64,000 nucleotides of DNA from Thecamonas trahens ATCC 50062. Its lineage: Eukaryota > Protista > Apusomonadida. The position numbers and the translations under genes are program-made. This document shows, piece after piece, positions 53,519-63,280 of the stretch. The stretch is taken from positions 186,001 through 250,000 of the forward strand of contig NW_013657651.1 in the NCBI RefSeq assembly GCF_000142905.1. Direction: 5' to 3'. The first letter of the stretch is position 1. Each line of letters begins with the position of its first letter. The notes beneath the pieces were generated by a model. It was not told the DNA's origin, did not search any database, and worked only from the letters and a program-made list of their open reading frames with translations.

Positions 53519-56500
53519 TCACACGCCGCCAGCCCGAGGCTCAGGCACAATGGCCTGGACCATTGCCGAGTCGGCCCAGACCGCTGCCAACGTCTCAGCG
53601 CCACCAGCGTCAACGTGAGCCTGGAACGCAAGCGCAAACAGTGCCTGCGTCGAGGCCGACGGCCCGTGCTCACGCCGGCCGCCAAGCAAATGGGCGCGAC
53701 CAAAGCGGAGCACCTCACGCGACGGCGCCGATGCCACCAGCACCACCGCGGCAAGCCAGATGCCAACCCACGCCGGCGCAACCTGCACGAACGAATGCAG
53801 CGCCATGTACGCCCACTTGCGGACATAGGCTTCACCGTTGCGGCCGCTTCGGAGAAGCTCCATCGTGCGGAACAGTATCTGCGCCACGTCTTCGCATCCA
53901 CCGGCATCAGTCCGCGCCGAGAGCAGCTGGCCGAGCACAAGCGTCAGCGCTCGGTCCGGCGGCAGAAAGTCAGCCAGGAGCAGCGGAATGGTGGCAACAA
54001 GGACCCGGCGCTCGCGCAAAAACGCCCCGCACCGGACTCGCCCAATCAACAGCACAGCCCGCTCGTACAAAGCGTCGATGACCCGCGCTGTCTCGTCCGC
54101 GCTCCCATCCTCATCTTCGTCGTGATCGTAGTCGTACACCGAGCTTCCGCTGCGGCCAGCTCCCACGAGTGCCCGACTCGACGGCACGCTGGCGGCGAGC
54201 GCCGAAATCGATCCTCCACGTGGCACGCCGCGCGCCAGTGCCCGCCGCAGCGCCTCGGTGTAGAGTGCGGCAAGCCCAAGCCCACACTCACACACCGCCT
54301 CGTACGCGGCGCAGTACGCAACATTGCCATACCCCCACGTCCACTGGAATTGAACGGCCTCGAGGACCCGCAGTGGTACCGCAGACGACGCCAACACGGT
54401 CTGCAGCGTTTTGGCCACACCGATGCGCACACTTCGCAGCTCGCGCTTGTTGCGTGCCGTTGTGATGAGCACGTCCAGCGCGCGGGTGACAAAACCGAGC
54501 GACTCGGCCTCGGCCGGGAACTTGGCCAGTAGCATGCCGACCAGCGCAACCGCGCCAAGCTTGGCCCGCCCATACCGCGTCCGGCGGACAGCGCCAAGCG
54601 CAAACTCGCAGAGCGCACCTACATAAGGTGCGAGCACGCCGGAAATCTTGGCCTCAAGCAAGTGGATGAGTCCAAAGACAAAGCCCGACTGAGTGCTCCC
54701 TTGCAAGGTCTCAAGTCCCTCCTCCAGCACCCGACCCAACAGCGAGAGGCCGCCGTTGACCAGCAGCGCCACTTTGAGCACGCCCTGCAGCAGCATGCCG
54801 CGGACAAGCGGGTCAGCCTCGCACCGCTTATCGCCATGCAGCTCGCAGAGAAGCCGCCACCACACCGCCATCAGCTCCTCGTTGGGCACGACGTCGACCA
54901 GCGCGAGCAGCGACGCCAGAGCCTCGAGCCGCAGCGCCGCGCGCTCAGAGCCTTTGGCGCTCACTGCGAGGTTCACTAGCGCCTGAGCGGTTCGCTGCAT
55001 CCGCGATCCACGCGCCTGCGCGTCGGTTCCCTTGTGGACCCGCCGCGAGAGCTTGCGCAGCGCAACTTGCCCAGATGCAAACGCGCGGGTGTCGCGGCCG
55101 ATCCGATCGACGTTGACCTGGAAGCCGCGGACATGGCCGAGTCCGAGCGCCACGTCACAGACAGTGAGTCCCGCCACAAGCTGCTTACCATGAGGCGACT
55201 TGCCAAACTCGACCTCCACGTACCGCGGAACGTGCCGGGGCCCGGTGGCAAACGGCGGCGGCGGGGTCGAAAGCGCTCCGCCGCGCGCCAGCTCAAGCTC
55301 CAGTGCGCGGAGCGTCTGGACGCCGACCTCGAGCGCTGCGTCTTCGATGTACGGGGCAGTCTCTGGGGGTGGGCTCACCACCCGCATGACCCCGTCGACA
55401 ACCAGCGGCGCAGTCAGTGCGTCGACGCCGAGCACTGCCACAATCCGGCCAAACGCCTTGGCCGTTGCGGGATCCTCGAGCACTTCGAGCCCGCGCTCCA
55501 GACGGGCAGCAAGGCTACATGCTGGATCGTCGGTGTCGGCTGACGATGCCACCAGCGTGTCCAGCGCTGGGCCTGGAACCGTCGGGGCGAGGCCGCTTTG
55601 CCGCACACCCTCGGTCGTCCGCCCACACGGGCTCCGTGAACTTGCCTCGAGCCACGCCACCAGCACGGCTGGCAGCCAGACCCTCAGCAGTGGGACAACA
55701 ACCCGTCGGGCCCACTCGGCAGCAAACGCGCCACCGCCACGTGACTGCCCAAACCATGCTACGCTCCGCCATCGCCGCTGGCCACCCTCGTCGCCGACGG
55801 CAAAAACAAAGCCAAAGAGCTCGGCAAGCTGGTCACCTGCGCTCGCGCCCTGCCCACCGTACACCCGCGAGTGAACAAGCCACACCACCTCGAGCGCACG
55901 CGCACGGGTCTCGGCATCGTTGGCGAAGCCCACGAGGCCGGTAAAGCCCTCGACAAAAGCGTCGAGCACGTGAACGCCCCACGCCTCACCGTCCGCGCTC
56001 ACCACCGCATGCAGTGCCTTCAGCGCCAGGCCCATGTCGAGTTCAGCACCCCAGCGGGCGGCGCCGGCAGCGGCAAGCGCGTTGCCGGCGCGCACATAAC
56101 GAAAGACAACGTCGGGCAGTGCTGCGGGCGCGTCAATGCCAGCAAGGCCACGGGTGTGGGCGGCGGCGAGCACGTCGCCGGGCACTGAGCCCACAGCTTC
56201 GGCCACCACGTCGATGTACGCATGGAGGAATGGGAGCGAGGCGTTCGTCACCATGTCGACGTGCACACACGACGCATCGAGGACCAGTGGCTGACCGCCG
56301 GCAAGACCCGCTGTGACCACGTCGTCAAGTGAGGTCGGAACTGGCGGCTCGGGCGCATGCTGAGGCGTCTTCGCGCTTGCAGACCCATCGCTGCTATTGC
56401 TCTTGGCAAGGCGCTCAACCTCATCACGAACCCGCACGTAGGGCGAGGCAGCGAGCCAGCGAGCATTCAGCAGCGCCATTCGCTCTGCACAGTCGGAGAG

Positions 56501-59500
56501 CTGAGCAACCAGGTCGACGGCGGCATGTGCAGAGCGGGCGCTGGCCACCAAGTCCGGGCGCTCGGCGACCAGCTCACCGAGGACAGCGAGGACTGTTGCG
56601 TTGAGCGATGCCTTGGAAGAGATGATGTTGAGGAGAACCCGGACCGGTGGCTCGGAGACATGCCGCAGTGCAGCGCCGAGGAGGTCGCGGGTGACTAGGG
56701 CGGGCTCAACATCATCGCTGCGGGCGACCAGCGTGTCGGTGTAGAGGAGAAAGAGCGGGGGAGCGACGACACGGACGGCAAGCGAGGCGCCAGCTAGCTC
56801 AAGCCAGGCCAGCGACCAGAGCGGCGAGTCGACGATGCCGAGTCCGCGAGTGAGCCGGCCCGTGGCCACTAGCGGCGAGACAAGCGAGAGGCCGAGGCTC
56901 TGTGGGAGGTGAGCACACAGTGCAGCTGCGGCGTCGACAAAAGGATCGGCAGCGGCGGCCATGGCCTCGCGAAGGGCCGAGTTGCGCGGCCCATCGTGCG
57001 AGAGGACCAGCGAGGTGACCACAGTCAGCAGCCAGGCGACAAGCTGGGCTTGCGGCCGCGGCATGCCCGGCTGGCAAAAGCCGACGGCCGAGGCGGCAAT
57101 GGCCATGAGCGCAGCGCCGAGGCGGCCGACATCGTCGCTACTCAGCTGAGAAAGCGCAAATCGGTTGAGCAGCTGGACGAGGACAATGACGCAACCGTAA
57201 GAGGCTTCTTGCGGAAGGCCGTCGTCGTCGTCGAGCCCACTTCCACCGGCCACGGCCGAGCCGTGGAGGACCAAGGCGCGCAGAATCGAGTGCAGCCGGC
57301 GGGTGGTGGCCGAGCCACCCGGGGAGCCGATAGCGGCGAAGATGAGATCCGAGCCGGTGGAAACGGACGTGTCGAGCGAGTCCCAGTCGGACGGCAGAGC
57401 GCCGGGCCCGGGTAGGCTGCGTGGTGACGGATAGCCCGCCGACGACGCGTCACCGGTGCTCGCGCCCTTGACCGGCGAAGCCAGCGGCGTCGAGCCGCCG
57501 GCGCTGACACGTAGCGAGATGGAGCCAAGAAGCTCGGAGAGGACCGAGACCACCATGATGACTTCGGAGCAGTTACGGGCGGCGGCGCCTTCCCAGATGA
57601 GGTGCGAGGCGTCGCCGGAGCGGTGCGTGGCCTGCGAGTCCGAGCCGGCCTCAGAGCCGGTGTCCGAGTCCGGGAAGAGATTGGCTCGAAGTGCAGGAGG
57701 ACCGTTGTCAAGCAGAAGCGGGCGGTTGTTGCCCGAGGCAAATAGCATTTCCGAGTGGGTGAGCATCGGGAGGATGATGCCGAGCAGTTTGCGCGAGATC
57801 GACTCCCACTTTGCAGTCGACGAGTAGAGAGCTGAGAGGAGCTTGCCCATGAGAAGGATGGCGGCTGGAAAGTGGGCGTACGGCGTGAGAACGTCGAGCA
57901 TGGCAGCCTGGTGCGAAGCTGAGACCTTAGGCCCGGTGAGCGCATCGACAAGCGGCGTGAGGCAGACAAGGAGCGGACCGGGCGAGTTGGCGAGCGAGAC
58001 AAGCATGGTCTGAACCAGGCCAATGAGCTTGTCTATCGAGAGCAGTGGCGACGAGTAGCCACGGTCAAAGACGAGGGTGCAGAGAAAGTGGAGCATGGGC
58101 TCGACAACCAAGCGTGGAGATCGGATCGAGGCCTCCAGAGATGCGAGTTGGGCAAGCACGAGGCGAAGAACGGCGAGCTCGGCGTCAAGGCGCGAGTAGT
58201 CGACACCGGCCGAGACGATTTCGCAGAGGAGGAGAAGGATGGCCTGCTGCTCCTCGCCGAGCGAGGTCTTGCCGTAGCGGTCGATGGCGGCGAGGACGAC
58301 GGGCTCAAAGCGTGAGATGAGGCCGGCCTCGACGGTGGCGGCCGGGAGCTCAGTTCGCTGGAAACGCAGACGGTTCCGGCGGGCCTTTTTGGATGAAGCC
58401 AGGCGCTTGAGCGGGTCCAGCATGAGAGTGTGGTAGAGCATGCGCGAGGATCGCGAGCGCGACGAGCTCCGCGGCGGCACGACAAGATACTCTGCGGCGG
58501 CGTAAAGGCAAAAGAAGAGGGCACGGACAACCTCAAAGGCCTCGATTGGGTGTGGCTCGACCTGCAGCTCGACAAAGGTGAGGATGGTCTGAGCGTGCGG
58601 GACAATGGCACGCTTGGCGACGCGGACAACGTGGGCGAGGGCGCGGAGGGTGGCCTTGGCCATAGTGGCAAAAACGCCCTCGCCATGGCGCTTGCCGGCA
58701 GTGGCAGAGCGGCCAAAGGCGGGCCCGATGTCGGGGCGCCCGGCGGAGACGTCTGGCAGCGGCGTTTGCGGGACCGGAAGAGTGGCGGCGCGCGAGGCGT
58801 GGGCCTCAGCTAGAGCGTCGTAGAGAATGAGATAGTGGGGCGATCGCGCAAAGTTGGACCAATCGGTGGTGGCTGTGGATGCAGACTTGGCCGAGTCTGA
58901 GCTGGAAGAAGCGCCTCGGGCACTCGGCTCGGTGGCGGAGGCGAGGAAGAGGTTGTCAGCCTCGGAGAGCGCCTCGTAGTCGAGCTCGCGGGCAACGGGC
59001 AGGCCTTGCTGGACATGGGCGACGACGTTGAGGACTTTGAGCAGGTGCGAGAGCATGGGGAGCGCAAACGAGCCAAAGGCGTCCGGCGAAGCGTGGGCGA
59101 GACCGGCAGCGACCTGGAGGGCAGCGGCGTGGGCGCTGACGTCGCCGCAGACAGCGGTTGACGAGACAACGTCAAGGATGTAGGGCAGGAGCTGGGGACC
59201 AAACGAACCCAGGGCGCGGAAGAGCTGCGATGACGGCGATTCGGCGAGGCGGCGGTGCGAGAGTGGGTTCGGGACCACCCGCGGAAGACCCGAGCCGGAG
59301 AGGTTGGCGAGCGAGGCAAAGACCGAGGAGAGCGTTGGCATGTAGGCCGGCGACGAGGCCGGGATTTGGTGGAGAACCTGGACGAGGGCAGCAACGACAT
59401 GGGAAATGCCCGGGCGCGGGTTTTCGACCGGAGCGGTTGCACCCGAGACCGGCGCTGGAAGGCATGCGGTGTGGCGGGCGACAAGACGCGGGAGCGGCGA

Positions 59501-61300
59501 GCGGGCCACGCTCCGGCGCGGCAGGAGCTTGGGCCCCAGCTCTTCGGCGAGCTGGGCGGCGGCAGCGGCGATGCGGGTGTCCGGCGAGTGCAGCGAGGCA
59601 ACCAGGATGTCCAGGACAGCGGCGTGAAGGTCGACAGGCGGCCAGGCGTTGGCGTCGGCGCCCAGCAGCGCAAGCGCGTCGTAGTCGAGGGCAGCAAAGA
59701 CGCGGAGGAGCGCGACGCGGACTTGCCACGAACCGGCCAGCAGCGAGGCGAGCTCGACAAGAGCAGCAATCAAGTCGACGACAAGGCCAGGGGCGGCGAG
59801 GATGTGGAGTGCACGCGGGAGGAACTCGACGGCGGCGTCAAGGAGCGGGCGGACCGAGGCCGGCGCGAGCGGGCGGGCGCGGATTCTAGCGAGGAACACA
59901 GACTCGATGCTGTCGTAGACGAGGGTGCGGGCAGCAGCGACGAGATCAGATGGGGCGGCGACGAGCGATTTGGCAGTGAGCGGAAAGGGAGAGAGCAGCG
60001 CACCGAGCAGGGCTCCAAGCACCTCAGCGGCGGATGAAACAAGAAGCGGGTCGTCCGTGTCAAGGAGCGGGGTGAGGCGAGCGACGAGGGCGCGATCTGT
60101 GGCGGCAAAGTAGTAGGGAAAGTAGCGCGCAGCGTGAGCAAGATTGGCGAGGCCAAGGCCACGGAGTGAGACCCGATGAGTCCGGCCTGTGGCGGCATCG
60201 GTGCCCCACACGAACGACTCGAAGCGCGGGAGCAGGTCAGCGGCGAGCTCAAGGAGAACGCTTCCAAGCGTAGTCGAAGCCGGACCGTAGGCCTCAAAGA
60301 CGGCCTGGAACGTCTCGAGGGCAGCGGCGCGGACGTTGTCGGAGGGGTGGAGGAGGGCCGAGTAGGCGAAGCCGAGGACGGCATCGACGTGGTCGTCGAG
60401 GCATTCGAGACGCAGAGTCTTGCACAGAGCAGCAGTGAGGGTGAGGACGCCCCAGGCGGCATCGGACGGCATGTTGGCAGCGCCGTCGAGCGGCGGGAGC
60501 GAGGCCCAGCCGGTGGCGGCGGCGGCAGCGGCGAGGCGGCCGGCGGCCACGGCCTCGGGTTCGACGCAGAGCTCCCAAAGCAGCGAAAACACAATGGGGA
60601 CTGGGCGCTTGCGTGCGTGGATGACAAGTGCGAGGGCAGCGGTGGCCATGGAGCGGCGGACGTTGGGCTCGGCGGACGGCAGGGCGACGACAAGGTTGGA
60701 GAGGAGGGCCACGAGCGAGTCGGTGTCGATGTGGAAAGCTAGAGCTGCAGCGAGGAGCTCAAAGGCGCTGCCGAGCGACTCGGCGAGTAGGATCGGGAGC
60801 GGGCCGGCGAGGAGCGAGAGGAGGGCCGGGACGAGGGCGCTGAGCACAAACGGCACTTTGCTCGGGCGAACGAGATGGGCGGTAGCGGCAAGGAGAGCCA
60901 GCGCCTCCTTTTGCGAGCGGGCGATGGGCTCGGCCTGCTCGCCGGCTGGCGCAAGCGGAAGCCGCAGCACCTTGATCAGCTCGATATGAATGGTGGTGAG
61001 GAGGCGCGGCGCGTGGGCCTTGATGGCGATGGCAAGGGTCTCCTGCGCGAGACGACGGACGGACGAGGTCTCTGAGCGGAGGGTTTGAAGGAGGGCGCCT
61101 AGCACGACTGCCACGTCCTTTGGCGCAGGCAGTGGTCCAGCTGCACCATTGGCCCCAGAGCCTACCACCACCGCCTCGCGCAAGCAGGCAAGAGCATCGG
61201 TGACGTCGTCGCGAGCCGAGGCGCCCCCAGAACCGTCGTCCACAAAGGCGCCTACACGGGCCAGGACAGCGCACGCATTGCGGACCGCGTCAGTGTCCAT
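53519..61300 (-). CDS. HTT: Huntingtin homologue (HEAT-repeat, 2593 aa)
   Basis: Matches to HTT blocks: 'RFEPVVLAAIDRY…EQQAILLLLCEIVSAGVDYSRLD', 'VNVDRIG…GQVAL', 'DPLVRGMLLQGVLK', 'GFVFGLIHLLE', 'LLLADFLPPDRALTLVLGQLL', 'VRKWAYMALHSF'. Confidence 0.9.
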   Translation of the reverse strand: MDTDAVRNACAVLARVGAFVDDGSGGASARDDVTDALACLREAVVVGSGANGAAGPLPAPKDVAVVLGALLQTLRSETSSVRRLAQETLAIAIKAHAPRLLTTIHIELIKVLRLPLAPAGEQAEPIARSQKEALALLAATAHLVRPSKVPFVLSALVPALLSLLAGPLPILLAESLGSAFELLAAALAFHIDTDSLVALLSNLVVALPSAEPNVRRSMATAALALVIHARKRPVPIVFSLLWELCVEPEAVAAGRLAAAAAATGWASLPPLDGAANMPSDAAWGVLTLTAALCKTLRLECLDDHVDAVLGFAYSALLHPSDNVRAAALETFQAVFEAYGPASTTLGSVLLELAADLLPRFESFVWGTDAATGRTHRVSLRGLGLANLAHAARYFPYYFAATDRALVARLTPLLDTDDPLLVSSAAEVLGALLGALLSPFPLTAKSLVAAPSDLVAAARTLVYDSIESVFLARIRARPLAPASVRPLLDAAVEFLPRALHILAAPGLVVDLIAALVELASLLAGSWQVRVALLRVFAALDYDALALLGADANAWPPVDLHAAVLDILVASLHSPDTRIAAAAAQLAEELGPKLLPRRSVARSPLPRLVARHTACLPAPVSGATAPVENPRPGISHVVAALVQVLHQIPASSPAYMPTLSSVFASLANLSGSGLPRVVPNPLSHRRLAESPSSQLFRALGSFGPQLLPYILDVVSSTAVCGDVSAHAAALQVAAGLAHASPDAFGSFALPMLSHLLKVLNVVAHVQQGLPVARELDYEALSEADNLFLASATEPSARGASSSSDSAKSASTATTDWSNFARSPHYLILYDALAEAHASRAATLPVPQTPLPDVSAGRPDIGPAFGRSATAGKRHGEGVFATMAKATLRALAHVVRVAKRAIVPHAQTILTFVELQVEPHPIEAFEVVRALFFCLYAAAEYLVVPPRSSSRSRSSRMLYHTLMLDPLKRLASSKKARRNRLRFQRTELPAATVEAGLISRFEPVVLAAIDRYGKTSLGEEQQAILLLLCEIVSAGVDYSRLDAELAVLRLVLAQLASLEASIRSPRLVVEPMLHFLCTLVFDRGYSSPLLSIDKLIGLVQTMLVSLANSPGPLLVCLTPLVDALTGPKVSASHQAAMLDVLTPYAHFPAAILLMGKLLSALYSSTAKWESISRKLLGIILPMLTHSEMLFASGNNRPLLLDNGPPALRANLFPDSDTGSEAGSDSQATHRSGDASHLIWEGAAARNCSEVIMVVSVLSELLGSISLRVSAGGSTPLASPVKGASTGDASSAGYPSPRSLPGPGALPSDWDSLDTSVSTGSDLIFAAIGSPGGSATTRRLHSILRALVLHGSAVAGGSGLDDDDGLPQEASYGCVIVLVQLLNRFALSQLSSDDVGRLGAALMAIAASAVGFCQPGMPRPQAQLVAWLLTVVTSLVLSHDGPRNSALREAMAAAADPFVDAAAALCAHLPQSLGLSLVSPLVATGRLTRGLGIVDSPLWSLAWLELAGASLAVRVVAPPLFLLYTDTLVARSDDVEPALVTRDLLGAALRHVSEPPVRVLLNIISSKASLNATVLAVLGELVAERPDLVASARSAHAAVDLVAQLSDCAERMALLNARWLAASPYVRVRDEVERLAKSNSSDGSASAKTPQHAPEPPVPTSLDDVVTAGLAGGQPLVLDASCVHVDMVTNASLPFLHAYIDVVAEAVGSVPGDVLAAAHTRGLAGIDAPAALPDVVFRYVRAGNALAAAGAARWGAELDMGLALKALHAVVSADGEAWGVHVLDAFVEGFTGLVGFANDAETRARALEVVWLVHSRVYGGQGASAGDQLAELFGFVFAVGDEGGQRRWRSVAWFGQSRGGGAFAAEWARRVVVPLLRVWLPAVLVAWLEASSRSPCGRTTEGVRQSGLAPTVPGPALDTLVASSADTDDPACSLAARLERGLEVLEDPATAKAFGRIVAVLGVDALTAPLVVDGVMRVVSPPPETAPYIEDAALEVGVQTLRALELELARGGALSTPPPPFATGPRHVPRYVEVEFGKSPHGKQLVAGLTVCDVALGLGHVRGFQVNVDRIGRDTRAFASGQVALRKLSRRVHKGTDAQARGSRMQRTAQALVNLAVSAKGSERAALRLEALASLLALVDVVPNEELMAVWWRLLCELHGDKRCEADPLVRGMLLQGVLKVALLVNGGLSLLGRVLEEGLETLQGSTQSGFVFGLIHLLEAKISGVLAPYVGALCEFALGAVRRTRYGRAKLGAVALVGMLLAKFPAEAESLGFVTRALDVLITTARNKRELRSVRIGVAKTLQTVLASSAVPLRVLEAVQFQWTWGYGNVAYCAAYEAVCECGLGLAALYTEALRRALARGVPRGGSISALAASVPSSRALVGAGRSGSSVYDYDHDEDEDGSADETARVIDALYERAVLLIGRVRCGAFLRERRVLVATIPLLLADFLPPDRALTLVLGQLLSARTDAGGCEDVAQILFRTMELLRSGRNGEAYVRKWAYMALHSFVQVAPAWVGIWLAAVVLVASAPSREVLRFGRAHLLGGRREHGPSASTQALFALAFQAHVDAGGAETLAAVWADSAMVQAIVPEPRAGGV

Positions 61301-61404
61301 AGCCCCTCCCGACAGTGTGTAGGGGGTATGAGTTTGTGGGAGTGGAGTGGAGTGCGTAGTGCGTGTGTGTAGTGGAGGTGGAGGTGGTGGGTGGGGGTGG
61401 GGGG

Positions 61405-61504
61405 NNNNNNNNNNNNNNNNNNNNNNNNNNNNNNNNNNNNNNNNNNNNNNNNNNNNNNNNNNNNNNNNNNNNNNNNNNNNNNNNNNNNNNNNNNNNNNNN
61501 NNNN
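61405..61504. other. Assembly gap (N)
   Basis: 100 N between G-rich and C-rich tracts. Confidence 1.
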
Positions 61505-61526
61505 CCCCCCCCCCCCCCCCTCTCAC

Positions 61527-62180
61527 ATGAAGGACATCTTGTTGACGGCCCGGAGCAAGGGAAAGCGCGGGACAAAGATCGATGTGGTGGAAGCGGTGGC
61601 CAAGGCTGGCGGGAGAGCCGCATACGCTCCGCTTGCTCGTCCTCAGGTTCCACGGGCTATGATGTACTCTTCCACCACAGCAGAGGGTGCTGAGACGGTG
61701 GCGCCTCGCGCGGCTGGCATCCGACCGGCCGATGCGGTGGCCGAGGTGACGGCGGCCAAGATCGCGGGCGCAGATGCGGCCCTCGCGGCTATCAACACCG
61801 ACGCGCGCATCCTCAACACCACCCAGCATGTCATTGGCTCCACCGCCGGTGCGTCATCGGCTGGATTTGATGTCTACCGCAAGACGCGCAACCTCGAGCG
61901 TGATCGCCTCGAGCGGCTGGAGCATCTCGATCGGGAGCTCGAGGCCCAGGCAGAGTACGCCCGCAAGGTCGCTGATACCCAGGCCCGCCTCGATGCTGAA
62001 GCGGCCAAGAAAAAGCGCAAGCGCGAGGCCAAGAAGCAACGCCAGCGCGAGCGCAAACGCCAGAAAAGGCTCGAGAACATGCAATTCAAGCCGGCAGCGG
62101 CTTCTGCTCTGCCCGCCAAGCCTCCTACAGCGATACCAGACGCTGCGCCTACGGCAGCAGACCAAGAACCCGCATCATAG
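61527..62180 (+). CDS. PRKRIP1: PRKR-interacting protein 1 (DUF1168) spliceosomal factor; start uncertain near the gap
   Basis: VIGSTAGASSAGFDVYRKTRNLERDRL…AAKKKRKREAKK corresponds to the GSSAGAGSGEFHVYR motif. Confidence 0.85.
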   Translation: MKDILLTARSKGKRGTKIDVVEAVAKAGGRAAYAPLARPQVPRAMMYSSTTAEGAETVAPRAAGIRPADAVAEVTAAKIAGADAALAAINTDARILNTTQHVIGSTAGASSAGFDVYRKTRNLERDRLERLEHLDRELEAQAEYARKVADTQARLDAEAAKKKRKREAKKQRQRERKRQKRLENMQFKPAAASALPAKPPTAIPDAAPTAADQEPAS

Positions 62181-62247
62181 GTATGACGAGAAGACGTGTG
62201 GTGTGTGTTTGTGTGTGTGTACGTTTGATGGGCCGATGTGCACCCGT

Positions 62248-63002
62248 TCAGAGGGTAAAGACGACGGAAAAGCCGGCGCGGAGGTGAGGAAGCGTGGCCA
62301 GCAGCTTGCCGTGGTCCCAGGCAAGCGGCGACGGGTCGATTCCCGAGTAGAGATCGTTAATGGCAGTGCGGAAGCGGGCGGCGTGGTCGTCAGAGGCATC
62401 GTCGAGAGCAAACGATGACGACGCGAGCGCCTTGTCGACGACAGGCAGGTAGCCGCCAGCGTAGACCTCGACAGCGATGTGGTCGGCAAGGACCCAGCGA
62501 TAACCGACGACGGCACCAATGTCGATGTCGAGCCACTGGGCCGAGTGATGGGCGGAGGACGCACCATCGCGGGTAGTCTCCGTCTCGGAGGTGGATGAAG
62601 CCTCAAGCGAGAGATATGGCGAGATGTACGGACCCGTGGGAATGCGCGACGACAAGGGCGGATCTGATGCGGCAAGGAAGTGCTTGAAGGCGAGGATGAC
62701 AGAGAGACCCATGCGCGAACGTGAGTACACCTTCTGAGTAATGGGCTCGATCCGGGTAAATAGTGTCGAGGGCAGGACGAGGGTGGCCGTCACCGCCGCC
62801 GTCGTCGTCCGCTTGGCCAACCATGCGGAGACCACGCCAGGCAGGGCGTCGGCAAGGGCATTCAGCGCACCAGTCGGGCCATCAACAGTCTGCTCATAGC
62901 TTCCAGAAATAGTTGCACATGCGAGAGAGAGAGGCGCCAGCGAGTACATGCTTGCAGGGTGGCCGTAGATGTGGCGTTGAGAGGAGTGGGTGTGCAGGTG
63001 CT
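62248..63002 (-). CDS. Putative beta-barrel protein resembling bacterial DUF3575 (5' end uncertain)
   Basis: PLSL…ISGSYEQ; GPYISPYL; IGAVVGYRWVLADHIAVEVYAGG; terminal RAGFSVVF. The strands show alternating hydrophobic patterns. Confidence 0.5.
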
Positions 63003-63280
63003 GTTCGGTATGAGGACAGCAGAGACAGGCATGAGGATGAGTCGGAATGGCCATGCCGATCCCATCCCATTGCACATGTCTCCATCTCGATCATTCGTCT
63101 AGCTCCAGATTCGACTATATCCACATGTTATTGCTTGCCCAGGCATGGGCAGGTGGGGGGGGGGGGGTCGTCTGGGCGCAGGGGCTGGTCAAGTCGATCC
63201 GCCCTTCCCCTCCCCCCTCCCCCCTCTCCTCCTCTTCGTAAACGCTCTCCATACCTACACTCCTCTCTCTCTCCAGCGTC

